Source: Porphyromonas sp. (GTDB lineage Bacteria; Bacteroidota; Bacteroidia; Bacteroidales; Porphyromonadaceae). Taken from it: a stretch of 64,000 bases of DNA. A program made the translations under genes and the position numbers. This document shows positions 28,421-37,758 of the stretch, piece after piece (position 1 is the stretch's first letter; each line of letters opens with the position of its first letter). Below the pieces are notes generated by a model. The model searched no databases. It was not told where the DNA came from and saw nothing but the letters and a program-made list of their open reading frames with translations. Where the stretch lies: contig JAUNLZ010000001.1 in the NCBI GenBank assembly GCA_030532005.1, positions 7,242-71,241 on the forward strand, in the 5' to 3' direction.

Positions 28421-29451
28421 TTGATTCCTCTCTTATTTAGTTCCTTGGCATACGCTCGGGCATTCCTCAGGTGGGCACTATAAGTTTCTGCAAAAGCGTG
28501 ATACCCGCTGAAGTCACTCTTGGCGCACATATATATGTAATGGTGATCGACGGCGTCCAATACACCGTCAATAGCATCTATCGAAGGGATGCGGATCGGT
28601 CCTTTGGGCAACCCCTTGTACTTATAAGTATTGTAGGGGCTCTCCACCCTCAGATGTTCATAAAGGATACGACGCAGACCGAAGTCTTGGAGGGCGAACT
28701 TAATCGTCGGATCGGCCTGCAAAGGCATCCCCATTCTTAGTCGATTGAGATACAACCCCGCAATCATCGGGTATTCATCCACTTTGTTGCTCTCCTCCTG
28801 TACGATGGCCGCCAGGTTGATCACTTCGTAGGGAGTCAAACCTATCCGCTCCGCTTTGAGACGCCGCTCGTTGTCCCAAAAGGATTGAGACGCCTTGGCC
28901 AAACGTTTGACCACCTCCTCCGGTTTGGAGTCCCAATACATCTCGTAGGTATTGGGGACAAGGTAATATACCAACGTTGTATCCGCCACCCCGACATAGT
29001 GAAGTAATACCGTATCATTCATAGCCGTGGCAATATCCAAACTATCGACCATCAGTTGATGAGCGATACGCCTGTATATCTGCCCGGGCAGGCGGCTCGA
29101 ATTAAAGTGTACCGACACCGGCGATTGCATCCCATACACCAATCGGTTGTAAAGCGCCTGCACCGTCATATCCGGTTCTATCTGATACGCACCGGTTCGG
29201 GGACTGCCCTTGGCGCGATGCTTGAAGTGCAAACGCAGATCCGACAACAAAGGGGCGTGCGTGACAGCTCCCACAGAGTCCGCCACACGCTCCCAATCCA
29301 TATCCGGATAGACATATAGCCACTCGCTACGGTCACCGCCGACATTAAATCCCGACTGTTTGGTGTAGCGATAATAGAGATAACCGGCAGCGGCGATTGC
29401 CAAAACCGGCAAAATCACCAACAGTCCGACCCAGCCTTTCTTACTCCTCAT
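28417..29451 (-). CDS. mltG: Endolytic transglycosylase
   Basis: N-terminal TM, LAAIVQEE, YLNRL..GMPLQADPT, SPYNTY, GLPKGPI. Confidence 0.93.
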   Translation of the reverse strand: MRSKKGWVGLLVILPVLAIAAAGYLYYRYTKQSGFNVGGDRSEWLYVYPDMDWERVADSVGAVTHAPLLSDLRLHFKHRAKGSPRTGAYQIEPDMTVQALYNRLVYGMQSPVSVHFNSSRLPGQIYRRIAHQLMVDSLDIATAMNDTVLLHYVGVADTTLVYYLVPNTYEMYWDSKPEEVVKRLAKASQSFWDNERRLKAERIGLTPYEVINLAAIVQEESNKVDEYPMIAGLYLNRLRMGMPLQADPTIKFALQDFGLRRILYEHLRVESPYNTYKYKGLPKGPIRIPSIDAIDGVLDAVDHHYIYMCAKSDFSGYHAFAETYSAHLRNARAYAKELNKRGIK

Positions 29452-30904
29452 CTATCGAAAACAAAGACTTAAAACTATCGACCACCCGATCCATCACCTT
29501 AGGACGCTCAGGCTCCCGGTCTTCGTCAGCTACCGCTTCCTCTATCGCCCCCTTGGTTTTAAGTAGGTGCTGGTTGTGCGGATCCACCTCGAGTCCTTGC
29601 TCCGCCGCATCCAACGCACGGTCATAATCCCCCAACCTCAGATAGCTCTGAGCCGCCTTGTTGAGATAAAAGACATATTGGGGCAGATCCCCCTTCTCCC
29701 CGGTCTCGGCAATGATATCCTCCACCACATCAATATGATTCTCATAATCGCCGAGAGCGAAGTAGACATTCTCCAACGTAAAATTGGTACTGCTCTTATT
29801 GGGCAGATCCTTACGGTGAAGCGCTATAAACTCAAGCCCCTTAGCCCTGTGGATCGCCTTTTGCTCCTCATCCTTTTCTTGAGCGTGGAGAGAGATGTAT
29901 ATCTGGGCAATTTCCTTAATGCAATTGGCCTTGCGGATACCCTTTTCCATACATTTCTTGTACAGCTCCAAAGCGGTGGCATAATCTTTCTGCTCCAAAG
30001 CCTTACGCGCCTGCACATACATAGCATCGTCACCGCCGTTACCCTCCGTAGCGTTTTGAGCATCGCCCTCGGTGAGCGCCTCCAACATCCTCTGTGCCGC
30101 CTCATTATCGGGATAAGCATCCAAAATACTGCGTGTCACCATCTTGGCACGGAAAAAGTCCTCTTCCCTCACCAAGCTCATCACGATATCCATCACGCCG
30201 CGAATGCTGTGAGGCAGGTGAATGCACCTCGCAGTGGCGCCCTTACGGTTGTGCCCCCGCTGATAGACCACCTTGATCCCTTCGCCCGATTCATTCTGCA
30301 ACTCGGGATCTACGATATCCCCTCTGTTGTAGAAGTACCGATCCCCCGTCTGCATATCATCAATAAAGCCAAACTGGAAGCTGGGTTTCAGCTCCACGAT
30401 AGCGCCAATAGCCGGCACCACCTGGTCCATTCCCTCGGCATTGACCACAAATCCGTCGTAAAGCTCTTGTACCGCCTTCTTTATTTTGGAAGAACGACTG
30501 CGCTCAGCCTCCATACGCTTCCAAGCGTGTGCCAAAGTAGGGTCTTGTTTGGTCAAAAAATCCAACGGCACCTTGTCGCCCGGCTTAAATTGCTTAAAGT
30601 CCACACGTTCCTTTTTGGGCTTGGCGGTTGTTGCCTTAGATTCGGCTCTTGGAGGCACACTATCCCAATTATCGTCAGACGCAAATAGCCGCGGCATCTT
30701 TTCTACACTTTTCTTTCGGACTATCGGTTGCTTGGAAAAACCATCAATCGCATCGACTTTGACTCCAATGACATTACCCTCCTCAGTCTCAATGGCAATA
30801 AAAGAGTCATTAATTACTAACACCTTACCACCTAACTCTTGATCATTTTGTAAGATGTAAATCTGATCACCTTCCTTGAAAATTGTTCTGATAAAATCAA
30901 TCAT
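29441..30904 (-). CDS. Hypothetical multidomain protein: Sm-like N-terminus, cold-shock/OB-like domain, TPR repeats
   Basis: 487-aa ORF heading the operon; FGFI...YFYN RNP-like motifs; TPR helices (ALELYKKC, RALDAAEQGLEVDP). Confidence 0.7.
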   Translation of the reverse strand: MIDFIRTIFKEGDQIYILQNDQELGGKVLVINDSFIAIETEEGNVIGVKVDAIDGFSKQPIVRKKSVEKMPRLFASDDNWDSVPPRAESKATTAKPKKERVDFKQFKPGDKVPLDFLTKQDPTLAHAWKRMEAERSRSSKIKKAVQELYDGFVVNAEGMDQVVPAIGAIVELKPSFQFGFIDDMQTGDRYFYNRGDIVDPELQNESGEGIKVVYQRGHNRKGATARCIHLPHSIRGVMDIVMSLVREEDFFRAKMVTRSILDAYPDNEAAQRMLEALTEGDAQNATEGNGGDDAMYVQARKALEQKDYATALELYKKCMEKGIRKANCIKEIAQIYISLHAQEKDEEQKAIHRAKGLEFIALHRKDLPNKSSTNFTLENVYFALGDYENHIDVVEDIIAETGEKGDLPQYVFYLNKAAQSYLRLGDYDRALDAAEQGLEVDPHNQHLLKTKGAIEEAVADEDREPERPKVMDRVVDSFKSLFSIDEE

Positions 30905-31006
30905 ACCCTTTGTTTTTAATAAATCAATGATCTACTGTAATACCCGACACCCGTTTACAACTCATTATATGTAAACTTCGAGTGTACGCGTACAATATAT
31001 AGTCTA

Positions 31007-31014
31007 CAAATGTA
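31007..31014 (-). promoter_or_regulatory. -7 promoter element (TACATTTG on the minus strand) for the TPR/mltG operon
   Basis: CAAATGTA on the plus strand in the AT-rich intergenic region. Confidence 0.5.
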
Positions 31015-31136
31015 ACGAATCATAGTGATACTATGATATATATCAAGTTAAACCAGGTTAAACGCACAGTGCGCCAATCGGCTCCAAGTGTCAATATCAC
31101 CTAAAAAGCCTAAAAAGCACCGTTGCGACACAGCAC

Positions 31137-31167
31137 AAAAATGGAGATCGGTCCTGCCGTCTCCATT
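31137..31167 (-). terminator. Intrinsic terminator of pyrH
   Basis: AATGGAGA-T-CGG / CCG-TCTCCATT stem with an A run on the plus-strand 5' side. Confidence 0.65.
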
Positions 31168-31221
31168 CCTTAATTTATAGATGTGTTAGGTGTTAGGGGC
31201 TCACCCCTACCCTACCGGTGG

Positions 31222-31938
31222 CTACTCGCTCACCACTCGGGTACCGATAGCTTCGCCGTCGACCAATAACTTGGTGAGGTTGCCCGGTGTGTCCATATCA
31301 AAAACCACGATAGGGAGATTATTCTCCATACACATAGTGGTTGCGGTGAGATCCATCACTTTGAGTCGGCGGTTAAGCACCTCTTGGTAGGTAATTTCGT
31401 CAAACTTCACAGCCGAGGGATCTTTTTCGGGATCGGCGGTGTAGATGCCATCCACACGCGTTCCTTTGAGCATAGCGTCGGTCTCCAATTCGATGGCCCT
31501 TAACGACGAACCGGTATCGGTGGTAAAATAAGGGTTGCCGGTACCTCCGGCACAGATGGCCACTTTCCCCTCCTCCAGAGCATCAATCGCATCCCACTTA
31601 TTATAGTGCTTGCCCACGGGACTCATAGGGGTGGCGGTAAAGAGTTGGTTACGCTGTCCGGCAGCATCCAATGCCGAACTAAGCGCCAAACTATTGATCA
31701 CCGTCGCCAACATCCCCATCTGATCCCCTTTGACACGATCAAAGCCCTTTGTAGCACCGCTCAAACCTCTAAATATATTTCCCCCGCCTATCACAATCGC
31801 CACCTGCACCCCGCTCTTGGCTATTTGGGCAATCTCCGTGGCATAGTCCTGCAACCTCTGAGGGTCAATCCCATAACCTTGCTCCCCTTGCAGAGACTCC
31901 CCACTCAGCTTAAGTAGCACGCGTCTATATTTTTTCAT
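31222..31938 (-). CDS. pyrH: UMP kinase
   Basis: LLKLSGE, GGGNIFRG, GMLATVIN, GNPYFTTD, VMDLTA. Confidence 0.96.
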   Translation of the reverse strand: MKKYRRVLLKLSGESLQGEQGYGIDPQRLQDYATEIAQIAKSGVQVAIVIGGGNIFRGLSGATKGFDRVKGDQMGMLATVINSLALSSALDAAGQRNQLFTATPMSPVGKHYNKWDAIDALEEGKVAICAGGTGNPYFTTDTGSSLRAIELETDAMLKGTRVDGIYTADPEKDPSAVKFDEITYQEVLNRRLKVMDLTATTMCMENNLPIVVFDMDTPGNLTKLLVDGEAIGTRVVSE

Positions 31939-31974
31939 ACCTCTTCATTATCGTGTTCCAATTATCATATCACA

Positions 31975-31982
31975 CAAATGTA
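31975..31982 (-). promoter_or_regulatory. -7 promoter element for pyrH (TACATTTG on the minus strand)
   Basis: CAAATGTA on the plus strand, 36 nt upstream of the ATG. Confidence 0.55.
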
Positions 31983-32132
31983 ATGATTTATCGGTACATA
32001 GACCTACACAATTCCAATCCAACGAAAGTTAAGAGCCCATCAAATAGTCACCTTCCGTACTAAATTAATTGAATGATCTATCAATATCCGGCACCCCACC
32101 TAACTATATGTGGGCAATCAAACAAAAACAGG

Positions 32133-32140
32133 TAAATTTG
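32133..32140 (+). promoter_or_regulatory. -7 promoter element for the nlpE-like gene (TAAATTTG)
   Basis: TAnnTTTG match upstream of ATG 32199, divergent from pyrH. Confidence 0.55.
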
Positions 32141-32198
32141 CATACAAAAACGACAAGATGATTATTTGATTTTACACGAACTATTAATCACAATTAAA

Positions 32199-32699
32199 AT
32201 GAAGAAGATCAGTTATTTATTAGTGGCCTCTGCAGCTTTGCTGTTAGCCTCATGTACCGGTGAGAAGTCAAAGAGTGAGGATCAGACCACGGCCGAAACC
32301 ACCGAAATGGAGGTGGTCGAGGAGACTCCCGCCTATGTGGGAAGCTATGAGGGTACCCTCCCTTGTGCCGATTGCAGCGGTATCGCCACCAAGTTGATCA
32401 TCAACGAGGATATGACCTATGCACTCACTTCCGAATATCTTGAGAAAGAGGATGGCCTCTTTGAGGAAAACGGCACCTATGAGGTGATCGATATTGAGGG
32501 CGGTCAAGTGCTTGCCCTTACTGCCGGCGATAATAAAACCTACTACAGAGTGCTTGATAATGCGGTGGCTCTCGTAGCGGATGAGACCGGCACACTTACC
32601 GAAAGCGAGTTGGCGGAGCACTATATCCTCGCCAAGGTGGTAGAGGTGGAGGAAATACCATTGGAAACCGAAGTGGCGGAAGAGGAAGTAGAAGCATAG
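32199..32699 (+). CDS. NlpE/CutF N-terminal domain lipoprotein
   Basis: Lipobox LASC; YEGTLPCADCSGI signature; true start MKKIS at 32199. Confidence 0.88.
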   Translation: MKKISYLLVASAALLLASCTGEKSKSEDQTTAETTEMEVVEETPAYVGSYEGTLPCADCSGIATKLIINEDMTYALTSEYLEKEDGLFEENGTYEVIDIEGGQVLALTAGDNKTYYRVLDNAVALVADETGTLTESELAEHYILAKVVEVEEIPLETEVAEEEVEA

Positions 32700-32722
32700 C
32701 AGATAAGTTGTAAACTCTTATC

Positions 32723-32761
32723 GAAAAGAGAGCTTAGGATCAATCCCAAGCTCTCTTTTTC
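32723..32761. terminator. Bidirectional intrinsic terminator
   Basis: AAAAGAGAGCTT-A-GGAT / ATCC-C-AAGCTCTCTTTT between convergent genes. Confidence 0.8.
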
Positions 32762-32790
32762 TTATTGTGCCAATAGCTCCATACCCGACA

Positions 32791-33078
32791 TTAAGCGTCC
32801 AACACATCGTGGTACTCCGGAGTTCTATCAATCACAGCCTTGGCATAAGGGCATAGAGGTATGATCTTGACCCCCTCCTTGCGAGCAAATTCCACCCCCG
32901 CCTTGACCAACAGTTTACCGTAACCGTGTCCCTCATACCCGGGCTTTACTTCGGTGTGATCAATAATGAAGCGTTGTTTGCTGACCCATACATAGCTCAT
33001 CAACCCTGCTTCCTTATCATCGATATAGAGGCTAAAATGCCCATTTTTGTCACCATTGACATGTTTAATTTCTTCCAT
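32791..33078 (-). CDS. Small GNAT acetyltransferase (YjdJ-like)
   Basis: IIDHTEV, GHGYGKLLV, KIIPLCPYA. Confidence 0.9.
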   Translation of the reverse strand: MEEIKHVNGDKNGHFSLYIDDKEAGLMSYVWVSKQRFIIDHTEVKPGYEGHGYGKLLVKAGVEFARKEGVKIIPLCPYAKAVIDRTPEYHDVLDA

Positions 33079-33159
33079 ACTTCACTTCTTTCTAAATGAA
33101 TAATGCAATGGCAATTTACCAATTATTTTCCATCCAAAGTTGAGTAATCTGATATTTTG

Positions 33160-33167
33160 TACCTTTG
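33160..33167 (+). promoter_or_regulatory. -7 promoter element for tsaD-cinA-recQ (TACCTTTG)
   Basis: TAnnTTTG match 37 nt upstream of the ATG. Confidence 0.6.
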
Positions 33168-33204
33168 TAAGTAAATCAAACGAGCTTATAAGTGTATATA
33201 ATAT

Positions 33205-34248
33205 ATGAGTCAGATAAATGGAATAGACCCCGATTTGGTGGTCTTGGGTATTGAGTCTTCGTGTGACGACACCAGTGCAGCGGTGTTGCGGGGCAATCGA
33301 TTGCTCAGCAATGTGATAGCGGGGCAAAAGGTACACGAGGAGTATGGCGGCGTGGTGCCGGAGCTGGCAAGTCGCGCCCACCTCAAAAACATCGTTCCCG
33401 TGGTCAATAGCGCCGTCAAGCGGGCAGGTATAGAGCTGTCTGACATTGACGCCATTGCCTATACCCGAGGGCCCGGCCTGTTGGGCAGTTTATTGGTCGG
33501 CACCTCTTTTACCAAAGGCCTTGCCGAGGGGTTGGGCATCCCTATGGTGGATGTCAACCACCTGCAAGCTCACGTTTTGGCCCACTTCATACAGGAGGGC
33601 GACACCGACCGTGAGGTCCCCTCTTTTCCGTTCCTCTGTCTTTTGGTGTCGGGCGGCAATTCGCAAATCATCTTGGTCAAAAGCCCTTTGGAAATGGAGA
33701 TCATCGGCAAGACCATTGATGACGCCGCCGGAGAAGCCTTTGACAAGTGCGCCAACGTGATGGGATTGGGGTACCCCGGAGGTCCGGTTGTCAATAAGTT
33801 GGGCAACATCGGCAATCCCGACGCCTTCACCTTTGCCAAACCCCATATCGAAGGCTACGATTACAGTTTTAGCGGTCTCAAGACCTCATTTCTCTACACC
33901 TTGAGAGATCGGTTGGAGGCAGACCGTCACTTCGTCCAAAACAACAAGGAGGATTTGTGTGCCTCTCTGCAAAAAACGATAGTAGATATTTTGATGCAAA
34001 AGTTGCTCAAAGCCTCCAAGGAGCTGAGAATTGATACCATAGCTGTAGCGGGAGGCGTCTCCGCCAACTCCGCACTGCGAGATGCCTTTATCAAGCATGG
34101 CGAGAAGAGCGGCAGCCAAGTATTCATCCCCCCATTCGCTTACACGACTGACAATGCCGCTATGGTCGCTATGGCCGGAGCCTTCAGATACGCACAGGGA
34201 GCGCGAAGCACTTTGGCGGATCCCCCTTACTCGAGAGTGGTCATCTGA
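33205..34248 (+). CDS. tsaD: tRNA N6-adenosine threonylcarbamoyltransferase
   Basis: LGIESSCDDT, GGVVPELASRAH, HLQAH, DDAAGEAFDK, FSGLKT, TDNAAM. Confidence 0.96.
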   Translation: MSQINGIDPDLVVLGIESSCDDTSAAVLRGNRLLSNVIAGQKVHEEYGGVVPELASRAHLKNIVPVVNSAVKRAGIELSDIDAIAYTRGPGLLGSLLVGTSFTKGLAEGLGIPMVDVNHLQAHVLAHFIQEGDTDREVPSFPFLCLLVSGGNSQIILVKSPLEMEIIGKTIDDAAGEAFDKCANVMGLGYPGGPVVNKLGNIGNPDAFTFAKPHIEGYDYSFSGLKTSFLYTLRDRLEADRHFVQNNKEDLCASLQKTIVDILMQKLLKASKELRIDTIAVAGGVSANSALRDAFIKHGEKSGSQVFIPPFAYTTDNAAMVAMAGAFRYAQGARSTLADPPYSRVVI

Positions 34249-34745
34249 TGGAGGATCTGACAGATATCATCAATGAGATAGCCGCCCTCCTTCGGGGCGA
34301 GCGTGCCACGGTTGCGACAGCCGAGAGTTGCACCGGCGGTCGCATCGCGTCGTTCTTGACCTCGGTTGCCGGTGCGTCGGAGTGGTACAATGGCGGCATC
34401 GTGGCTTATACCAAGATGGCGAAACAAGAGGTCTTGGGTGTACCGGCAGTCGAATTGGCCGACGGACTGATCACCGAGAGGTGTGCCAAGGCGATGGCGA
34501 CAGCGGCCGCCGACCGTTTGGACTCCAACTATGCCGTTGCCACCACGGGAGTGTGCGGCCCGACACCGTCCGAGGGACACCGCCCTTGCACGGCGTGGAT
34601 AGCGGTCAGATCTCCAAAAGGCATCGAGACACGGCTGTTCCGTATGGAGGATTTGGGACGCCAAGCCAATATCGAGACCGTGAGCCGCGTGGCTCTGCAA
34701 ATGTTATTACACACAGTGAGAGAGGAGGCGGCGGCGAGTAGGTGA
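34248..34745 (+). CDS. CinA C-terminal domain / NMN deamidase PncC family
   Basis: [26 protein letters not shown]. Confidence 0.9.
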   Translation: MEDLTDIINEIAALLRGERATVATAESCTGGRIASFLTSVAGASEWYNGGIVAYTKMAKQEVLGVPAVELADGLITERCAKAMATAAADRLDSNYAVATTGVCGPTPSEGHRPCTAWIAVRSPKGIETRLFRMEDLGRQANIETVSRVALQMLLHTVREEAAASR

Positions 34746-36274
34746 AAGAGGCACTCAAAAGATATTTCGGATACGATCATTTCCGAGAGCATCAAGAGGA
34801 GGTGGTGGAGAACGTGCTACTCGGGGCGGACCAATTGGTGGTGCTCCCGACGGGTGGCGGCAAATCGCTCTGTTACCAATTGCCCGCCATGTTGATGGAG
34901 GGGTGTGCCTTGGTGATCTCTCCTTTGATCGCTTTGATGCGCGACCAAATCTTGGCACTCCAACAATTGGGCATCAGTGCCGCCACCATCAATAGTAGCG
35001 TGACACAGGAGTACCGCAATCACGTCGCTATGTCTCTCAAACGAGGTCAAATCAAATTGCTCTACCTGAGTCCCGAGACCCTCCTCAGTCCATTCGGACT
35101 CGCTCTGATCCGTCAAACCAAAATTTCTCTCATCGCAGTAGACGAAGCCCACTGCATCAGCCAATGGGGCCACGATTTCCGACAGGAGTATGCCCAGTTG
35201 GGGGTACTCAAAGAGTACTTCCCCGACGTACCGATGATTGCCCTCACGGCCACCGCGGATCCAGCCACCAGACAAGACATCATCAAACAGTTGCAGCTGC
35301 ACAATCCCATCGTGACCATTGGTGATTTTGACCGCCCCAATATCTACCTCGAGGTGCGTCGCGGACTCAAAAAAGCGGAAAAGCTGCGAGAGATATTGTC
35401 GTTTATAGAGACACGGGAGGCCCACGCATCCGGCATCATCTATTGCACCAAACGCAGTGATACAGAGAGTCTCAGCCGCTATCTCAACGAAAAGGGCTTC
35501 AAGGCGCTCTACTACCACGCACAGATGAATAATAGCCAACGAGAAGTGGTACACCGGCTTTTCCTCTCCGGAGAGGTTGATATCGTATGTGCTACGGTAG
35601 CCTTTGGCATGGGGATCGATAAACCCGATGTACGGTGGGTGATCCACTACAATATGCCCAAAAACATAGAGAGCTATTATCAAGAGGTGGGCCGCGCAGG
35701 CAGAGACGGTCAGCGCTCCGATGCACTGCTGTTTTACTCCTACTCCGATATTTTTGTACTGCAAAAGATGATACAAGACACCCCGATGCAGAGCCTCAAT
35801 AGGTCCAAGTTGGAGTATATGAAACGGTACTGCGAAGGGCACGTCTGCAGGCGTAGGGTGCTGTTGGGCTACTTTGGCGTCGAAACCACCGAAGATTGCG
35901 GCAGGTGTGACGTCTGCCTGATGCCCCCTACCGGGACCATGGACGGCACAGTGATTGCCCAAAAAGCATTGAGTGCCATAGTCCGCAGCGGAGAGAAAAT
36001 CGGTGTAGAAATGTTGATAGATATCCTCCGAGGGTCACGGCAGTCGCTGTTGCTCTCGATGGGTTACCACTATATGCCTACCTACGGTGTGGGCAGAGAC
36101 TTGAGTGCAGTGGCGTGGCGTGAGTACATCTACCAAATGGTCATGATGGGACTTTTGGTATTGGACTACTCCAAGGGGGGCAATCTACACGTCACCGCCT
36201 ACGGACAAGAGGTGCTCTATGGCAGAGAAACCCTCACCCTCACCCCTTTTCGGCCGCTTCCCCGTCGCCACTGA
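34742..36274 (+). CDS. recQ: RecQ DNA helicase (helicase + Zn + RQC domains, no HRDC)
   Basis: [50 protein letters not shown]...CGRCDVC. Confidence 0.93.
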   Translation: MKEALKRYFGYDHFREHQEEVVENVLLGADQLVVLPTGGGKSLCYQLPAMLMEGCALVISPLIALMRDQILALQQLGISAATINSSVTQEYRNHVAMSLKRGQIKLLYLSPETLLSPFGLALIRQTKISLIAVDEAHCISQWGHDFRQEYAQLGVLKEYFPDVPMIALTATADPATRQDIIKQLQLHNPIVTIGDFDRPNIYLEVRRGLKKAEKLREILSFIETREAHASGIIYCTKRSDTESLSRYLNEKGFKALYYHAQMNNSQREVVHRLFLSGEVDIVCATVAFGMGIDKPDVRWVIHYNMPKNIESYYQEVGRAGRDGQRSDALLFYSYSDIFVLQKMIQDTPMQSLNRSKLEYMKRYCEGHVCRRRVLLGYFGVETTEDCGRCDVCLMPPTGTMDGTVIAQKALSAIVRSGEKIGVEMLIDILRGSRQSLLLSMGYHYMPTYGVGRDLSAVAWREYIYQMVMMGLLVLDYSKGGNLHVTAYGQEVLYGRETLTLTPFRPLPRRH

Positions 36275-36339
36275 TCAAAAGCGGAACATCGACATCCCCA
36301 TCGGGTCATGCATATAGATGGTGTGCCAACGTAGAGACA

Positions 36340-36421
36340 TCGGCACCCCCGATGACACCATATATATATGTATGATTCGATGCGGAGTCGTCAACGTTTC
36401 GATCATTACACCATATATATA
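36340..36421. repeat. Remnant of the element spacer (same sequence type as about 19477-19550)
   Basis: CCCCGATGACACCATATATATATG...GTCGTCAACGTTTC...TACACCATATATATA is shared with the spacer of the 19341 copy. Confidence 0.65.
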
Positions 36422-36786
36422 TGGTGCGACCTAAAGGTCGGGGGGTTAGGGGTAACGTCGCGTCCCGGGGTCAACGCCTCACGTTGGCTGACGCCAACGC
36501 TCGCCATTGACCGCGGGTTATTTAGATGCGACCCCTACGGGGTCGTCCGTCGGTTCCCCCATTCGGGATGCCGATGCGTCGGGTCATTCATCGTTCCCCC
36601 GTTCGGGGTGCGATTGCATCGTGTCACACACATATATATATGGTGTCGATGGGAAACATCGGCGACCCCGGAGGGGTCGAATCTAATTAGCCCGTGCGTC
36701 ATCAATCCGATCGGCGTTAGCCGGTCGGTATTGATGACCTCGGGAACCGGGTACCCTCCACGAAATTCGACCTTTAGGTCGCACCA
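36422..36786 (+). mobile_element. REP/REPIN-like palindromic element, tandem copy 1
   Basis: 19-bp terminal IR, two inverted arms of about 124 bp (36422-36545, 36663-36786) and a spacer. Confidence 0.8.
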
Positions 36787-36807
36787 CCCATCGCACCCCT
36801 ATATATA

Positions 36808-37174
36808 TGGTGCGACCTAAAGGTCGGGAGAGCCGGGGGGGGTGTCGCGTCCCGGGGTCAACGCCTCACGTTGGCTGCCGCCAACGCTCGACATTGACCG
36901 CGGGCTATTTAGATGCGACCCCTACGGGGTCGTCCGTAGGTTCTCCCATTCGGGGTGCGGATGCGTCGGGTCATTCATCGTACCCCTATTCGGGGTGCGA
37001 TTGCATCGTGTCACACACATATATATATGGTGTCGATGGGAAACAACGGCGACCCCGGAGGGGTCGAATCTAATTAGCCCGTGCGTCATCAATGCCGATC
37101 GGCGTTAGCCGGTCGGTATTGATGACCTCGGGAATCGGGCAACCTCCTAGAAATTCGACCTTTAGGTCGCACCA
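36808..37174 (+). mobile_element. REP/REPIN-like palindromic element, tandem copy 2
   Basis: Near-identical to copy 1, offset by 386 nt. Confidence 0.8.
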
Positions 37175-37193
37175 CTCATCGCACCCCTATATA

Positions 37194-37580
37194 TGGTGCG
37201 ACCTAAAGGTCGGGAGAGCCGGGGGGTGTCGCGTCCCGGGGTCAACGCCTCACGTTGGCTGCCGCCAACGCTCGCCATTGACCGCGGGCTACTGAGATGC
37301 GACCCCTACGGGGTAGTCCGACGTAACTGATGTGGGCGATTCGTGGGAACCGTCGTAATCCTCATTCGTTTCACGTATTTATATGGCGTAAATGCAAAAC
37401 AACGGCAACCCCATCGGATAACGTATCTATATGGCATGAATGGTGGAAACATCGGCGACCCCGGAAGGGTCGCATCTTGATAGCCCTGTGCGTCATAAGC
37501 CCCTACCGGCTGACGCCGATAGGGGCTTATGACCTCGGGAATGGGGTATCCCCTCTGATTATCGACCTTTAGGTGGCACC
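37194..37580 (+). mobile_element. REP/REPIN-like palindromic element, tandem copy 3 (different spacer, variant right arm)
   Basis: Left arm as in copy 2, unrelated spacer, right end CGACCTTTAGGTGGCACC. Confidence 0.78.
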
Positions 37581-37758
37581 GCTCATTACACACCATATTA
37601 TAAGGAGCGACCTAAATTGATAACCGCGGCGAGTCACCGACACGGAGACACTACTCAGCCTTCATCCTTACGAGAAAAGGAGTGACTCGTTATTTGCTCG
37701 AGTAATACAGTTATCAATTGGGGAGAGAGGCACCCGAAGCAAAGATGACTGTATGAGA

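Noticed and set aside
31040-31200. Short direct duplications (GTTAAAC, CCTAAAAAG, TGTTAGG) in the pyrH downstream gap
   Set aside because: They are too short and mutually unrelated to call operators or target-site duplications.
34817-35962. 381-aa antisense ORF (likewise 27644-28483, 29567-30688, 37753-38694, 59688-60542, 60585-61625, 62728-63603)
   Set aside because: These are shadow frames opposite well-supported genes, explained by codon bias, and have no motifs.
36422-37580. CRISPR array or integron attC cassette array
   Set aside because: Units are about 386 nt with long inverted arms and repeated spacers. There are no 25-45-nt repeats with unique spacers, no cas or intI gene, and no cassette ORFs.
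36368-37596. Short ORFs (36368, 36807, 36842, 37092, 37306, 37330)
   Set aside because: They lie wholly within palindromic repeats, change frame between copies and show no protein motifs.
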